This document shows, in pieces, positions 9,624-18,750 of a stretch of DNA of 64,000 nt. The DNA is taken from positions 1-64,000 of the forward strand of contig CAWHFW010000005.1 of NCBI GenBank assembly GCA_963828735.1, in the 5' to 3' direction. The position numbers and the translations under genes are program-made. This DNA is from an uncultured Gemmatimonadales bacterium (GTDB lineage: Bacteria; Gemmatimonadota; Gemmatimonadetes; Gemmatimonadales; GWC2-71-9). Within the stretch, counting starts at the first letter, position 1. Each line of letters starts with the position of its first letter. Below the pieces are notes generated by a model, which worked only from the letters and a program-made list of their open reading frames with translations, searched no databases and was not told the DNA's origin.

Positions 9624-11038
9624 CTAGGGGCCGATGGTCACGAAGCGCGCCACCGAAGGGACGCCGTTCGCGCTCATGAGGAACAGCAGGTACGGACCCG
9701 CCGGAGCTTTTATGGCGTTGGCCGGGGCCGTGGCGCGCAGCGTGGTGGCATCCTGCTGGGTGAACGTGAGCGACCAGATGATCTGGCTCTGATTGAACGC
9801 GTGGGTAACGGATCCGGCCCGGATCAACGTACCCTTGGTGACGGTGGCCGCATCCGGCGTCTGCACCGTGAACGTCTGACTGTACGACACCGCGGTCGGC
9901 GCCGACGTGATGGTCGGCCGCGGGGCCGGGCTGCCGTCGGGACGGAAAAGGTAGGGCGGGCTGAAGATCTGCGCCGTGCGATGGTCGGGAGTCAAGGAGT
10001 CCCGATCCCCACTGCCGCTGGACAGCACCCGCGCGTCCGGCAAGAGCAGCGACGTGGCGTGATAGGCGCGGCCATCCGCTTCGGAGGCCATGGTCGAGAA
10101 GGTCTCGGTGGCGGGGTTCCACATTTCGGCCACGCGGACGGTCGCCGCCTCATTGCTGAACCCTGGACCGTTCGTCCCGTTCGTCACCAGCACCTTCCCG
10201 TCGGGGAGTAGCGTCGCGTTCATGTGACGGCGTGCGTACGCCATCGACCCTACCGCTCGCCACGTGGGCTTGGCCTGGTTCAGATCGATCACCTCCGCTG
10301 ACGCCATCGGGGGATCGCCGCCGCCGGCATAGAGGACCTTGCCGGGGGCGTACTCTACGGCCGACCCGTAGCTGCGGTTGCCGGCCGTTCGACCGCCGAC
10401 CTTGATCCACGCCGTTGCCGGCCACCGAGAGGTAGTAACTGGTTTGCTTCTCCCCCGCCATGAAGACATTGCCGTTCGGCGTAGCCGTTAGCACGAGGGT
10501 GGTGTTGGCGGGGTATGAGGCCGAGCACCCGGCGCCGCCGGCGACGCCGGAGGTGATGACGCAGTTGATGACCGGCGTGAGGCCGCTCTGACTCCTCACG
10601 GTGCCGCTGCCGCCCGAGTCGCTTCCGACCACAGTGATCTTGAAGGGCCCTTTGGAGAACCTGGCGGTGACCGAGCGCGCAGCCGTCATGGTCACCGAGC
10701 AGCCCAAGCTACCGGTGCAGGCGCTGCCCCAGAACGAGAATGACTGGCCAGTGACGAACGGCCGTCAGGGTGACGACGGTGTTCTTGGCGAAGTTGATGC
10801 TGCACGCCGGACCGGTCCCTAGACCGTTGGTGATCGTGCAGTTGATCCCGGTGGGCGACGACGTGACCACCCCGCTGCCATTACCGGTGGCGGTGACCGT
10901 CAGGAGGAACTGGGAGGTGGTGGCGGCGCCCACATTGTTGCCCTGATCCGCCGGCTCCTGGCACGCCTGAAGGACCAAGAGGACCGGTGCGGCGACGAGG
11001 AACGTGCCCGTAAGACCGTGAAGCAGAGGCTGGCGCAT
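9624..11038 (-). pseudogene. Lipoprotein with InlB-B-like repeats plus a galactose oxidase (AA5)/DUF1929 C-terminal half; frameshifted and internally deleted
   Basis: LQAC lipobox, GSGVVTSSPTGINC-type repeats, kelch ARRHMNATLLPDGKVLV, RAYHATSLLLPD, GSVTHAFN, PAGPYLLF; frame changes near 10745 and 10420. Confidence 0.8.
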
Positions 11039-11255
11039 ACCTGGCTACGGGCGGTCCTTCGAGGGGCAAGAGCCATCGCACGTCTCGCGACGACAGGGGA
11101 ACCTCCTGAGATGCTTGTCCGGTCGTGCTAGAGTGCGCCTCTCAAACGCGGGCGTCAAGTGGGGCGAAGGTGTTTGCAGTCACCCGTCTCCACGACAAAC
11201 GTGCACCGGTGCCGGTCCCGTGCTACCATTCCTCGACCCTGCCTCAAAGGCCAGA

Positions 11256-12203
11256 ATGACCATTGACCCCCTGCTCGCCCTCGCCTCGTTCGGCATCGGC
11301 ATCGTCGTCGGACTGACGGGCATGGGCGGCGGCGCGCTCATGACCCCCGTGCTGGTGCTGTTCTTCAATGTGGCGCCGCTGGCGGCGGTCTCCTCGGACC
11401 TGGTGGCCAGCGCGGTCATGAAGCCGGTCGGGTCATTCGTCCATCTTCGCCGCGGCACGGTTCACCTCGGATTGGTGAAGTGGTTGTGTGTGGGCTCCGT
11501 GCCCGGCGCGTTCAGCGGCGTGTTGATCGCGCGGTCGTTGGGCAGGGGGGAGGATGTCCAACAGTTGATTCGGACCGCGCTGGGCGTGGCCCTGTTGCTG
11601 GCGGCCGCCGGGCTGATCCTTCGGGCGTACCTCCGGTTGACCGAACATGCGCGCGCCCTGCATGGCCGCGCGGCACCGCTCCCGCAGGGACGTCCGTCGG
11701 TTCAGCTCCGGGTGCTGCCGACCGTGATCGTCGGCCTGCTGGGCGGGATCGTCGTGGGGCTCACGTCGGTGGGGTCGGGCTCGCTGATCATCATCGCGCT
11801 GATGGGGCTCTATCCGACGCTCAAGGCCAGCGAGCTCGTCGGGACCGACCTGGTGCAGGCCGTACCGCTTGTCGCATCGGCCGCGCTTGGCCACCTGATC
11901 TTCGGTGATTTCCATATGGACATCACCACTTCCCTGCTCCTCGGATGCATCCCCGGCGTGTGGGTCGGCGCGCACCTGTCGGCGCGGGCGCCTGGTGGTC
12001 TCGTGCGCCGGGCGCTGGCGTTCGTGCTGCTGGCTTCGGCGCTCAAGCTGCTCAACGTGTCAAACAAGGACACGGGGATCATTCTGGGCCTGGTGCTGCT
12101 GTTCGCGCCGGTGCTGTGGATGCTGGTGCGGCGGCATTATGGGTTACCGGCGATCGCGCGCAGAGCGCGACCAGCGTTGGCGCCGCCTCCCGCCGATGGC
12201 TGA
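11256..12203 (+). CDS. TauE/SafE (TSUP) family membrane exporter
   Basis: VGLTGMGGGALMTP and VGLTSVGSGS repeats, VGTDLVQAVP; multiple TM helices. Confidence 0.9.
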   Translation: MTIDPLLALASFGIGIVVGLTGMGGGALMTPVLVLFFNVAPLAAVSSDLVASAVMKPVGSFVHLRRGTVHLGLVKWLCVGSVPGAFSGVLIARSLGRGEDVQQLIRTALGVALLLAAAGLILRAYLRLTEHARALHGRAAPLPQGRPSVQLRVLPTVIVGLLGGIVVGLTSVGSGSLIIIALMGLYPTLKASELVGTDLVQAVPLVASAALGHLIFGDFHMDITTSLLLGCIPGVWVGAHLSARAPGGLVRRALAFVLLASALKLLNVSNKDTGIILGLVLLFAPVLWMLVRRHYGLPAIARRARPALAPPPADG

Positions 12204-12232
12204 GCGCGGGTAGGCTCGGGCTCATCAACCGC

Positions 12233-12275
12233 ACGCCTGCCCTCCGCTAACACCGTCAGCCGAGGGCGGGCGTTT
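12233..12275 (+). terminator. Possible terminator hairpin
   Basis: ACGCCTGCCCTC...GAGGGCGGGCGT inverted repeat after the TSUP stop; weak U tract. Confidence 0.3.
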
Positions 12276-12410
12276 CACGTAAAGCATTTCCGCGACCTTG
12301 CATCGGCACCGATTGCGGGACTAACCTACGCACCCGCCCAGTCATCGGTCGGCCTCGCCCCCGCGAGCAACTGACCACACGGGCACGGCTGGGTTCGTTA
12401 GGAGGACCGC

Positions 12411-13454
12411 ATGTCGAACCACTTCACGGGCCTGCGGCTGGGACCGCCAGCCGAGGATCCGCGCCTCGACCTCACCGACCTCTTTGCCTTCCAGGCACCT
12501 GCCGACCCGACGAGGACAGTGCTGATCCTCAACGCCAACACGTTCGGGATAGCGCCGGCGTTTCACCCCGACGCCGTCTACCGCATCAACATCGACAACG
12601 ACGGGGACGCCTGCACCGACGTCGCCTTCAGCGTGGTATTCAGCGAGCCCATGGACGGCCGGCAGCGAGCAACTGTCTACCTGGCGACCGGGCGGGAGGC
12701 TCGTGAGGCCGAGGTCGCCGGGAAGCCGATCGTGAGCGACGCGGAGGTGTCCTTCGGAGCCAAGCCAAATGTCGTCACGTCAGGCCCCTACACCTTCTTC
12801 GCCGGCTCTCGCAGCGACCCGTTCTTCGTCGACTTTGCCGGAGTGCTGACAGCATTCGCCTGGCAGAGAGGCAGGAACTTCACCGAGCTGAAGAAAGTCG
12901 ACCCGTTTCCGTGGACCGGGAACGACACCCTTGCCCCCTACAACGCCTTCGGGATCGTGCTAGAGCTGCCGACAAGGGCGCTTGGCGCCAACCCGACCCT
13001 CGGCATTTGGGGGAGGGCCAGCGTGCGCAGGAACGGCAAGCTCGACCATGTCGATCGGGCCGGCCACCCGACGATCGCCAGCTTCTTCAATACCGACGAG
13101 ACCAAGGAGGAGTACAACCGGAACGAACCGGCCCAGGACCGCGAGCGGTTCCTCCACCAGGCCATCGAGATCCTGGAGCACAACGGGGGCTATTCATCGG
13201 AAGAGGCCGAGGCGGTGATCGACGAGGCGGGCTTGTTGCCGGACATGCTGCGCTACGACCCCGGCAAGCCCGCCGGTTACCCGAACGGGCGGACTCTGAC
13301 CGATCACGTCGTCGCGGCCCGCCTGGCGATGATCTCGAACAACGCCATCCCGAGCGACGGGCTCGGGCCCCACGACGACCTGCTCGAGGAGTTTCCTTAC
13401 CTCGGCACGCCACACCCGAATCCACCGCCACCGCCGCCGCCACCGGAGAGTTAA
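12411..13454 (+). CDS. DUF4331 family protein
   Basis: AGGAGG RBS; MSNH, DLTDLFAF, RSDPFF, DRAGHP, YPNGRTLTD, FPYLGTPH. Confidence 0.85.
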   Translation: MSNHFTGLRLGPPAEDPRLDLTDLFAFQAPADPTRTVLILNANTFGIAPAFHPDAVYRINIDNDGDACTDVAFSVVFSEPMDGRQRATVYLATGREAREAEVAGKPIVSDAEVSFGAKPNVVTSGPYTFFAGSRSDPFFVDFAGVLTAFAWQRGRNFTELKKVDPFPWTGNDTLAPYNAFGIVLELPTRALGANPTLGIWGRASVRRNGKLDHVDRAGHPTIASFFNTDETKEEYNRNEPAQDRERFLHQAIEILEHNGGYSSEEAEAVIDEAGLLPDMLRYDPGKPAGYPNGRTLTDHVVAARLAMISNNAIPSDGLGPHDDLLEEFPYLGTPHPNPPPPPPPPES

Positions 13455-13566
13455 CCGGCAAGGGTCACTACGCCGCGGCAGCGTCGCTTCTACCTACTCT
13501 TGGGATGGCTGAACTAGAGCGGCACCGATGGGTACTCCTGGGAATGACGCCAGAAGCAAGCCGAAC

Positions 13567-13608
13567 GGGCCCTCCTGGATTCGCAGCAGGGGCCCGACGG
13601 ATCATGAG
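13567..13608 (-). repeat. Degenerate copy of the tRNA-Ile2 3' half (old att site)
   Basis: GGGCCCTCCTGGATTCGcagCAGGGgcCCGACGGATcATGAG versus tRNA 17992-18032; followed by GTCG, as is the copy at 16718. Confidence 0.85.
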
Positions 13609-13616
13609 GTCGTGTC

Positions 13617-13820
13617 TCAATTCACGGACCGAGCCTCAGGAAATGTCCATTCACCGCCCAGAATCTCCGCGCGCGGTCGATAGAGCCGCACCATGCAGTT
13701 CCAGCCGTTCATGATCGGCAGGCAGTTGGGCACCTTGCCGTCATACCCGCCGAACTGCGCGGTGACCGACCCGTCCGCATCCTTCTTCCTTCGCCGTGAT
13801 GCTGTTGAGAGTGTACGCAT
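13617..13820 (-). pseudogene. C-terminal remnant of a DUF1214-type protein
   Basis: YTLNSITA / KKDADGSVTAQFGG..NCLPIMNGWNCMVRLYRPRAEILGGEWTFP. Confidence 0.7.
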
Positions 13821-13849
13821 CGAGCCGCCGCGCACTGACACGTCCCGCG

Positions 13850-15073
13850 CTACGGTCTCCGGTAGACCACGACCAGCCTCGGCCCGAGCCCCGGGCTGAA
13901 GTCATCGCTGAGGAACACGATCGTGTCGAGCTGGCCATCATTGTCCGTCAGCGTTGGGAAGCGGGCGCGATAGTCGGACGTCGTGCGCCCTGCGGCGATG
14001 TCGGCGGCCAAAGCCGACGTGACCTCCGCCTCCTTGGCCCCCGCGCGTACATGGGACAGGATCGCGATCCCGCTCTTGAGGGCGGGGGAGGAGAAGTCCG
14101 TGGCATCGAGCGACGCGCCCAAGTCGACGTGATCGAGCGCCAGATCACCGAGACTCTCGTACACGTCTCCTGATCCGCCGCCATTGTCGTTGGCCTGCAG
14201 GCGGGCCGACACGATGATCGCGTCGCTCGGAAGCGTCGTGAGATCGAACCCGAAGAACATCCTGACCGCGCGATTGGTGATTCCGTCGCCGGCGAGGAAC
14301 CCGGGAGACACATCGCCCGTCTCCTCCACGTTCCCGCTTCGGCTCCCCACCGGCAGCAGCGTGGTGGTCGTGAGGGCGTAGTGATCGCGCACGTCGGCCG
14401 CAACCACGATGTACACCGACACGCTCTGGGCCTCCTTGTCGATATCGAAGCCGACCGTGCGTGCCGCCGTCGTCTGGCCCGCCTTGAGCGGGGACGGATA
14501 GAGCTCGGAACGGTAGCAGTCACTGGTGGTGGAGATGGTGCACGCGGAGTAGTCGTTGAAGAAGTTGGCGGGCTCCAGGTCCCATTCGGGGCTCGGAACA
14601 GCCGACCCGCCCGGGACGCCCAACGCGGCCGCGGTCAGTGGGAAGACCAGGATCCCGAAAGTCCCGGCCGGCGGCCGGGGGAAGGATGTCGGCGTTACCA
14701 GATCGGTCGAGGGAGATCGGTTCGTCAGCGCCAGAGAAAGGATGCAGCGGGTCTTGCGCTTGGATTGCGGAACGAAGGTGCAGCTCGACGTCTCCAGCCC
14801 GACGATCTCGCTGCCAACCAGAGAATACGCTGGCGCATTCGGCGCCGTGGCGAGTGCCGGCGCCCGCGCCGGCGCCGGCGGCACCACGTGGACCGCGCCG
14901 GTGGGCACGTCGATCCGCAGCTCGATTGCCCCTTCCGGCACACGATCCTGGGGGAGCTCGGCGGGGCCTGCCGGACTGTCCGTTTGGGTGCCACAACTTG
15001 CACTGACGGCGATCGCGCAGACCAGGAGGGGCCGCACCAGGGACGCGGTCAGAGGGTGGCGGACGGGATACAT
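13850..15073 (-). CDS. Hypothetical lipoprotein with a C-terminal DNRLRE/CBM96-like beta domain
   Basis: GGAG RBS, signal peptide ending SASC; FGFDLTTLPSDAIIVSARL...PRLVVVY. Confidence 0.7.
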   Translation of the reverse strand: MYPVRHPLTASLVRPLLVCAIAVSASCGTQTDSPAGPAELPQDRVPEGAIELRIDVPTGAVHVVPPAPARAPALATAPNAPAYSLVGSEIVGLETSSCTFVPQSKRKTRCILSLALTNRSPSTDLVTPTSFPRPPAGTFGILVFPLTAAALGVPGGSAVPSPEWDLEPANFFNDYSACTISTTSDCYRSELYPSPLKAGQTTAARTVGFDIDKEAQSVSVYIVVAADVRDHYALTTTTLLPVGSRSGNVEETGDVSPGFLAGDGITNRAVRMFFGFDLTTLPSDAIIVSARLQANDNGGGSGDVYESLGDLALDHVDLGASLDATDFSSPALKSGIAILSHVRAGAKEAEVTSALAADIAAGRTTSDYRARFPTLTDNDGQLDTIVFLSDDFSPGLGPRLVVVYRRP

Positions 15074-15226
15074 GGGTGGCTCCGAGGTGAAGGGCGTGGG
15101 AGGGCTTCACCTCAGAGATCGGAATTGAGCCGGGATTTCGGACATTCGGCTGAGGAACGCCCGCGCCGACCAGTACGGCTGGACGAACACTGCGCTGCTG
15201 GCGGCGCCGCTGAGGCGACTTCCGCC

Positions 15227-16156
15227 TCAGGGCGTCAGCACCAGCTTCCCTTTGACGCCGCCCTCCAGCCGGCGGTGAGCCTGCGCCACTGCCTCCAGCG
15301 GAAATACCTCTTCCACGTGGACCCGTAGCCGCCCGCTGTCCGCCCACTCGGCCAGCTTCTCCAGCCCCGACGAGTCGGGCTCGACGATTACACCGGCGAA
15401 GCGCCGGCCGGCCGCCTTCACCCTCGCCGCGAGCTGGGCGTTGGTGCGTTCGACGAGGGTCACAAGTAGGCCGCCGCGCCGCAGCGTCCGCAACGAACGG
15501 TCCGCGTAGTCACCGCCGACGGACTCGACCACGACATCGATATTGTCCACCACGTCGGCGAAATCCTCCGCTTCGTAATCAATGACCTGGTCAGCGCCGA
15601 GCTCCCTCACGAACTCCGCCTTGGCGCGGCTGGCCGTCGCTACCACCTGAGCCCCCAGGCCCTTGGCGATCTGGACCGCGAGATGGCCCACGCCGCCCCC
15701 CGCTGCGTGGATCAGGACTCGCTGACCAGGCTGGACCTGGGCGACATCCACCAGGCTCTGCCACGCGGTGAGTCCAGCCAGAGGCAGTGCCGCCGCGTGC
15801 ACGTGATCGAGCGAGCGCGGCTTGAGAGCCAGCTGCCGCGACGGTGCCGCGACCAACTCGGCGTAGGCGGCCGCCGGGCGGGGGAAGAACGGCATTCCAA
15901 AGACCTCGTCCCCGGGCCGGAACCGATTCACGCCTGGGACCACGTATTCGACGACGCCGGAGATGTCCCAACCGAGAATGAAAGGCGGTTGGCCGAGCAT
16001 CGGGGCGGAGCCACGCCGGATCTTTGCTTCGACGGGATTGAGTCCGATCGCGTGGATCCGGATCAGTACTTCGGTCGGAATGGGCTGAGGAGGGTCAACC
16101 TCGACGACCTGGAGCACGTCGGGATCGCCGAAGCTGTGTTGGCTGATCGCTCTCAT
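15227..16156 (-). CDS. NADPH:quinone reductase-like MDR oxidoreductase
   Basis: GLNPVE, PFILGWDISGVV, GLTAWQSL, HAAGGGVGHLAVQIAK, GKLVL. Confidence 0.92.
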   Translation of the reverse strand: MRAISQHSFGDPDVLQVVEVDPPQPIPTEVLIRIHAIGLNPVEAKIRRGSAPMLGQPPFILGWDISGVVEYVVPGVNRFRPGDEVFGMPFFPRPAAAYAELVAAPSRQLALKPRSLDHVHAAALPLAGLTAWQSLVDVAQVQPGQRVLIHAAGGGVGHLAVQIAKGLGAQVVATASRAKAEFVRELGADQVIDYEAEDFADVVDNIDVVVESVGGDYADRSLRTLRRGGLLVTLVERTNAQLAARVKAAGRRFAGVIVEPDSSGLEKLAEWADSGRLRVHVEEVFPLEAVAQAHRRLEGGVKGKLVLTP

Positions 16157-16494
16157 GATGCGCAAACCCGTGAGCCGCCGCCCCGGTTCCCTGGCCAGTC
16201 GGGACGGGCCTCCTAGCGGGCGGCGGTATTCTCCAATGGCGCTTCGCATCCTCGACAGGGCGGGTCCAACCCGATGAACGTTACGACAAATGCCGGCCCA
16301 GACAAACGTGCGGCTCCACTGACCAGCACGCTCACGTTTGGAGACGTAGGCTCACCCCCGCACAGGGGAGAGGTCCCTCGCGATCCGGAGCCGTGGCGTC
16401 GTGCACACCCAAGTTCGAGCTCGGGACTTTGTGCTGCGCATTTCTCGAGGGCTAACACCTTAGCAGGATGCAGGCGCTGGGGGGTCAGGCTGGG

Positions 16495-16660
16495 GGACCG
16501 GGCTCATAGGCCAGTACGCTATTCTGGGTGTCGCTAGGGCTCCCGGGTCTCTTCGCCAGGGGTTGGCTACGGCAGCAGACTTGGCGGGCGCTACACAGAT
16601 GGTCCGTGGGAGTGAGGCAGCGGAAGGCGCCCGGTGATGAGTCGGGCGCCTTTGAGTGAA
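16495..16660 (+). mobile_element. Probable IS110-family non-coding left end (bridge-RNA region) without a transposase
   Basis: GGCTACGGCAGCAGACTTGGCGGGCGCTACACAGATGGTC..GGGAGTGAGGCAGCGGAA resembles recalled IS110 leader sequences; 10 bp hairpin at 16624-16652. Confidence 0.45.
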
Positions 16661-16678
16661 TCGGTGAAATAACGGGGC

Positions 16679-16702
16679 AAACTGGACCACAAAACTGGAC
16701 CA
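16679..16702. repeat. Tandem direct repeat AAACTGGACCA x2 (arm-type-like site)
   Basis: aaactggaccac aaaactggacca, ~15 bp from the att copy. Confidence 0.55.
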
Positions 16703-16717
16703 TGGAATGCTAAGTCT

Positions 16718-16760
16718 ATGGGCCCTCCTGGATTCGAACCAGGGACCGACGGATTATGAG
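16718..16760 (-). repeat. Exact 43 bp copy of the tRNA-Ile2 3' half (att site)
   Basis: Identical to 17990-18032; identity ends exactly at the anticodon loop CTCATAA. Confidence 0.95.
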
Positions 16761-16880
16761 GTCGAGAGCATCATCTTCATCCAGAGCCAGGGAGGGCTGG
16801 TAAGGCACATTTAGTAACGACTTACTGCTCGCATCACGACCAATCAGATCTATTGAAATCCACGCAAACCTGCGGAGCCT

Positions 16881-16902
16881 AGGTACCAAATCCAGGTACC
16901 AC
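16881..16902. repeat. Tandem direct repeat AGGTACCA x2 (arm-type-like site)
   Basis: aggtaccaaatcc aggtacca, 13 bp period. Confidence 0.5.
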
Positions 16903-17177
16903 AAAGCCCACTTGCACCCCCCTCAAGGAGGCCGGGCTTTGCCTCGAATTCTTGGCGACTTCTTGGAGGAACTGGGATGGGCCGGGAGGTTGTCCCAGTA
17001 TTCCACGAATTGGCTGATCGATGGGATTTCCATCGGTGGCCAGCTCCGCAGCCCGACAGATCGCCTCCCTGATGTGCCGGGCCGGATTTTGGGGCGTTGT
17101 TGTCGGTGGTCCCTGCCAAAGAGGGATATACCGCGAGTTTCGATGTGGCGTTGGATCTCACATAAAGGGAGATCGGG

Positions 17178-17897
17178 ATGACCGCGAACCTCTCAGTCGC
17201 CGGCACCAGGCAGGGCACCCGCCGCTTCTACGTGGGGGTGGCGATCGCCGTCCTCATCACCGTGTTCCTCGGCTTCTCGCGAAGCTACTTCCTCAAGGCC
17301 TACTACGGCACGCCGGAACTGAGCTTGCACGTGCACATCCATGGCTTGGTGTTCACATCCTGGGTGCTGCTCTTCCTGGCCCAGACGACCCTGGTCGCCA
17401 CTGATCGCACCGATCTGCATCGCAAGCTCGGGGTGGGCGGCGCCGTGCTGGCCGCGTTGCTGCTGATCATGGGAACCACCACAGCCATCCTGCGGGTCAA
17501 GGGCGGCAGCCCGTCCCCGATTCCCGGAGTGCCGCCGCTCTCGTTCATGGCTGTGCCACTCTTCGATATGCTAGTGTTCGCAATGCTGATCGGCGCAGGC
17601 CTGGTGCTTCGGAACCGGCCGGACACGCACAAGCGGCTGATGACGCTCGGGACCATCGCGCTCACGAGCGCGCCGATCGCGCGGCTTCCCTTCGTGCGTC
17701 CAGTGGGGCCCCCGGCATTCTTCGGACTCACCGACCTGTTCATCGTGGCGATGCTGGTCTACGATCTCGCGACCAGAAGGAAGGTTCATCCCGCCACGAT
17801 CTGGGGCGGGCTGGTGATCTTGGCCTCGCAGCCGCTGCGCCTCATGATCTCGGGCACGCCCGCGTGGTTGGCCTTCGCCGGTTGGCTTACGAGCTAG
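17178..17897 (+). CDS. Hypothetical multi-pass membrane protein with helix-associated His residues
   Basis: GGGAG RBS; 6-7 hydrophobic helices; HIHG, LHRKLG, HKRLM, VHPAT. Confidence 0.8.
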   Translation: MTANLSVAGTRQGTRRFYVGVAIAVLITVFLGFSRSYFLKAYYGTPELSLHVHIHGLVFTSWVLLFLAQTTLVATDRTDLHRKLGVGGAVLAALLLIMGTTTAILRVKGGSPSPIPGVPPLSFMAVPLFDMLVFAMLIGAGLVLRNRPDTHKRLMTLGTIALTSAPIARLPFVRPVGPPAFFGLTDLFIVAMLVYDLATRRKVHPATIWGGLVILASQPLRLMISGTPAWLAFAGWLTS

Positions 17898-17990
17898 TCG
17901 TCGGCTAGCTAGTTAGGGTCGGTTCGCCAGCGAAAGGACGGCCTCAACGATCATCTCCGGACGAGTCGCAGCCATAGAAGGTAAGTCCAA

Positions 17991-18064
17991 TGGGCCCTCC
18001 TGGATTCGAACCAGGGACCGACGGATTATGAGTCCGCTGCTCTAACCACCTGAGCTAAGGGCCC
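17991..18064 (-). tRNA. tRNA-Ile2 (anticodon CAT, lysidine type); CCA not encoded
   Basis: GGGCCCT TAGCTCAGGTGGTTAGAGCA GCGGA CTCATAA TCCGT CGGTC CCTGG TTCGAAT CCAGG AGGGCCC A; G1-C72 paired, C4-G69 and C5-G68 present. Confidence 0.92.
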
Positions 18065-18119
18065 GACAGCGCGAAACATGTGATCGCACCGGCGGTGAAA
18101 CAAGCCGGGGTCGCGTGGT

Positions 18120-18671
18120 TCAGATCCGCTTCACATCCGCCCTGCCGACCCCAGGCAGCCACCCGAGCACGAATGCGACAACCGCCTTCGGATCGTTGAG
18201 ATCGAGGCGCGGGACGCGCGACTCACCGACGTCCCCGTCCGTCGCGACCGCCACCACGCAGGGATCTGCCGGCCAGCACTTGGGCGGCTGCCCCCGGGAC
18301 GGCCGGTAGACCTCGATCTTCGGATACATCTCGTGCGCGAATCCCTCGACCAGCACGAGGTCGAGCTCCCCCGGCGTGAACCGCGCCAGCGTTCGTGCCA
18401 GCCTCGGCTCCGCCTCAGGCTCGGGCTCCTCGGCCAGGAGTGCCCAGCGGCGCTGCGACGCGATCAGCACTTCGCTCGCCCCCGCTTCGCGCAGCCGGTA
18501 GCTGTCCTTCCCGGGCTGGTCCACGTCGAAGTTCTGCTTCGCGTGCTTGAGCACACCCACGCGCACTCCGCGCGCCGCGAGCAGGGGCACGATCCGCTCG
18601 ATCAGCGTGGTCTTGCCGCTGCCGCTCGATCCCACGAAGCCGACCGCCGGCACCACCCCTCCGTCAGGCAT
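18120..18671 (-). CDS. mobB: Molybdopterin-guanine dinucleotide biosynthesis protein B
   Basis: GSSGSGKTTL, LKHA..FDVDQPGKDSYRLREAGA, DLVLVEGF, PKIEV. Confidence 0.93.
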   Translation of the reverse strand: MPDGGVVPAVGFVGSSGSGKTTLIERIVPLLAARGVRVGVLKHAKQNFDVDQPGKDSYRLREAGASEVLIASQRRWALLAEEPEPEAEPRLARTLARFTPGELDLVLVEGFAHEMYPKIEVYRPSRGQPPKCWPADPCVVAVATDGDVGESRVPRLDLNDPKAVVAFVLGWLPGVGRADVKRI

Positions 18672-18750
18672 CAGTCACCATGGGCAGGATATTATTCGAA
18701 TCGGCCGCCCGCCGGGCGACCGCCCGCAGGACACGCGAGGAGTCGCGCCC

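Noticed and set aside
9614..9632. Perfect inverted repeat GGCCCCTAG-A-CTAGGGGCC
   Set aside because: Explained by two convergent genes both ending Gly-Pro-TAG; a 1-nt loop, no evidence of function
16716..16904. 62-aa ORF or a second tRNA gene
   Set aside because: Only the tRNA 3' half is present; the ORF is incidental to att DNA
17991..18064. Initiator or elongator tRNA-Met
   Set aside because: G1-C72 is paired and there is no GGG/CCC anticodon stem, so not initiator; acceptor stem has Ile2-type C4-G69/C5-G68 (elongator Met not fully excluded)
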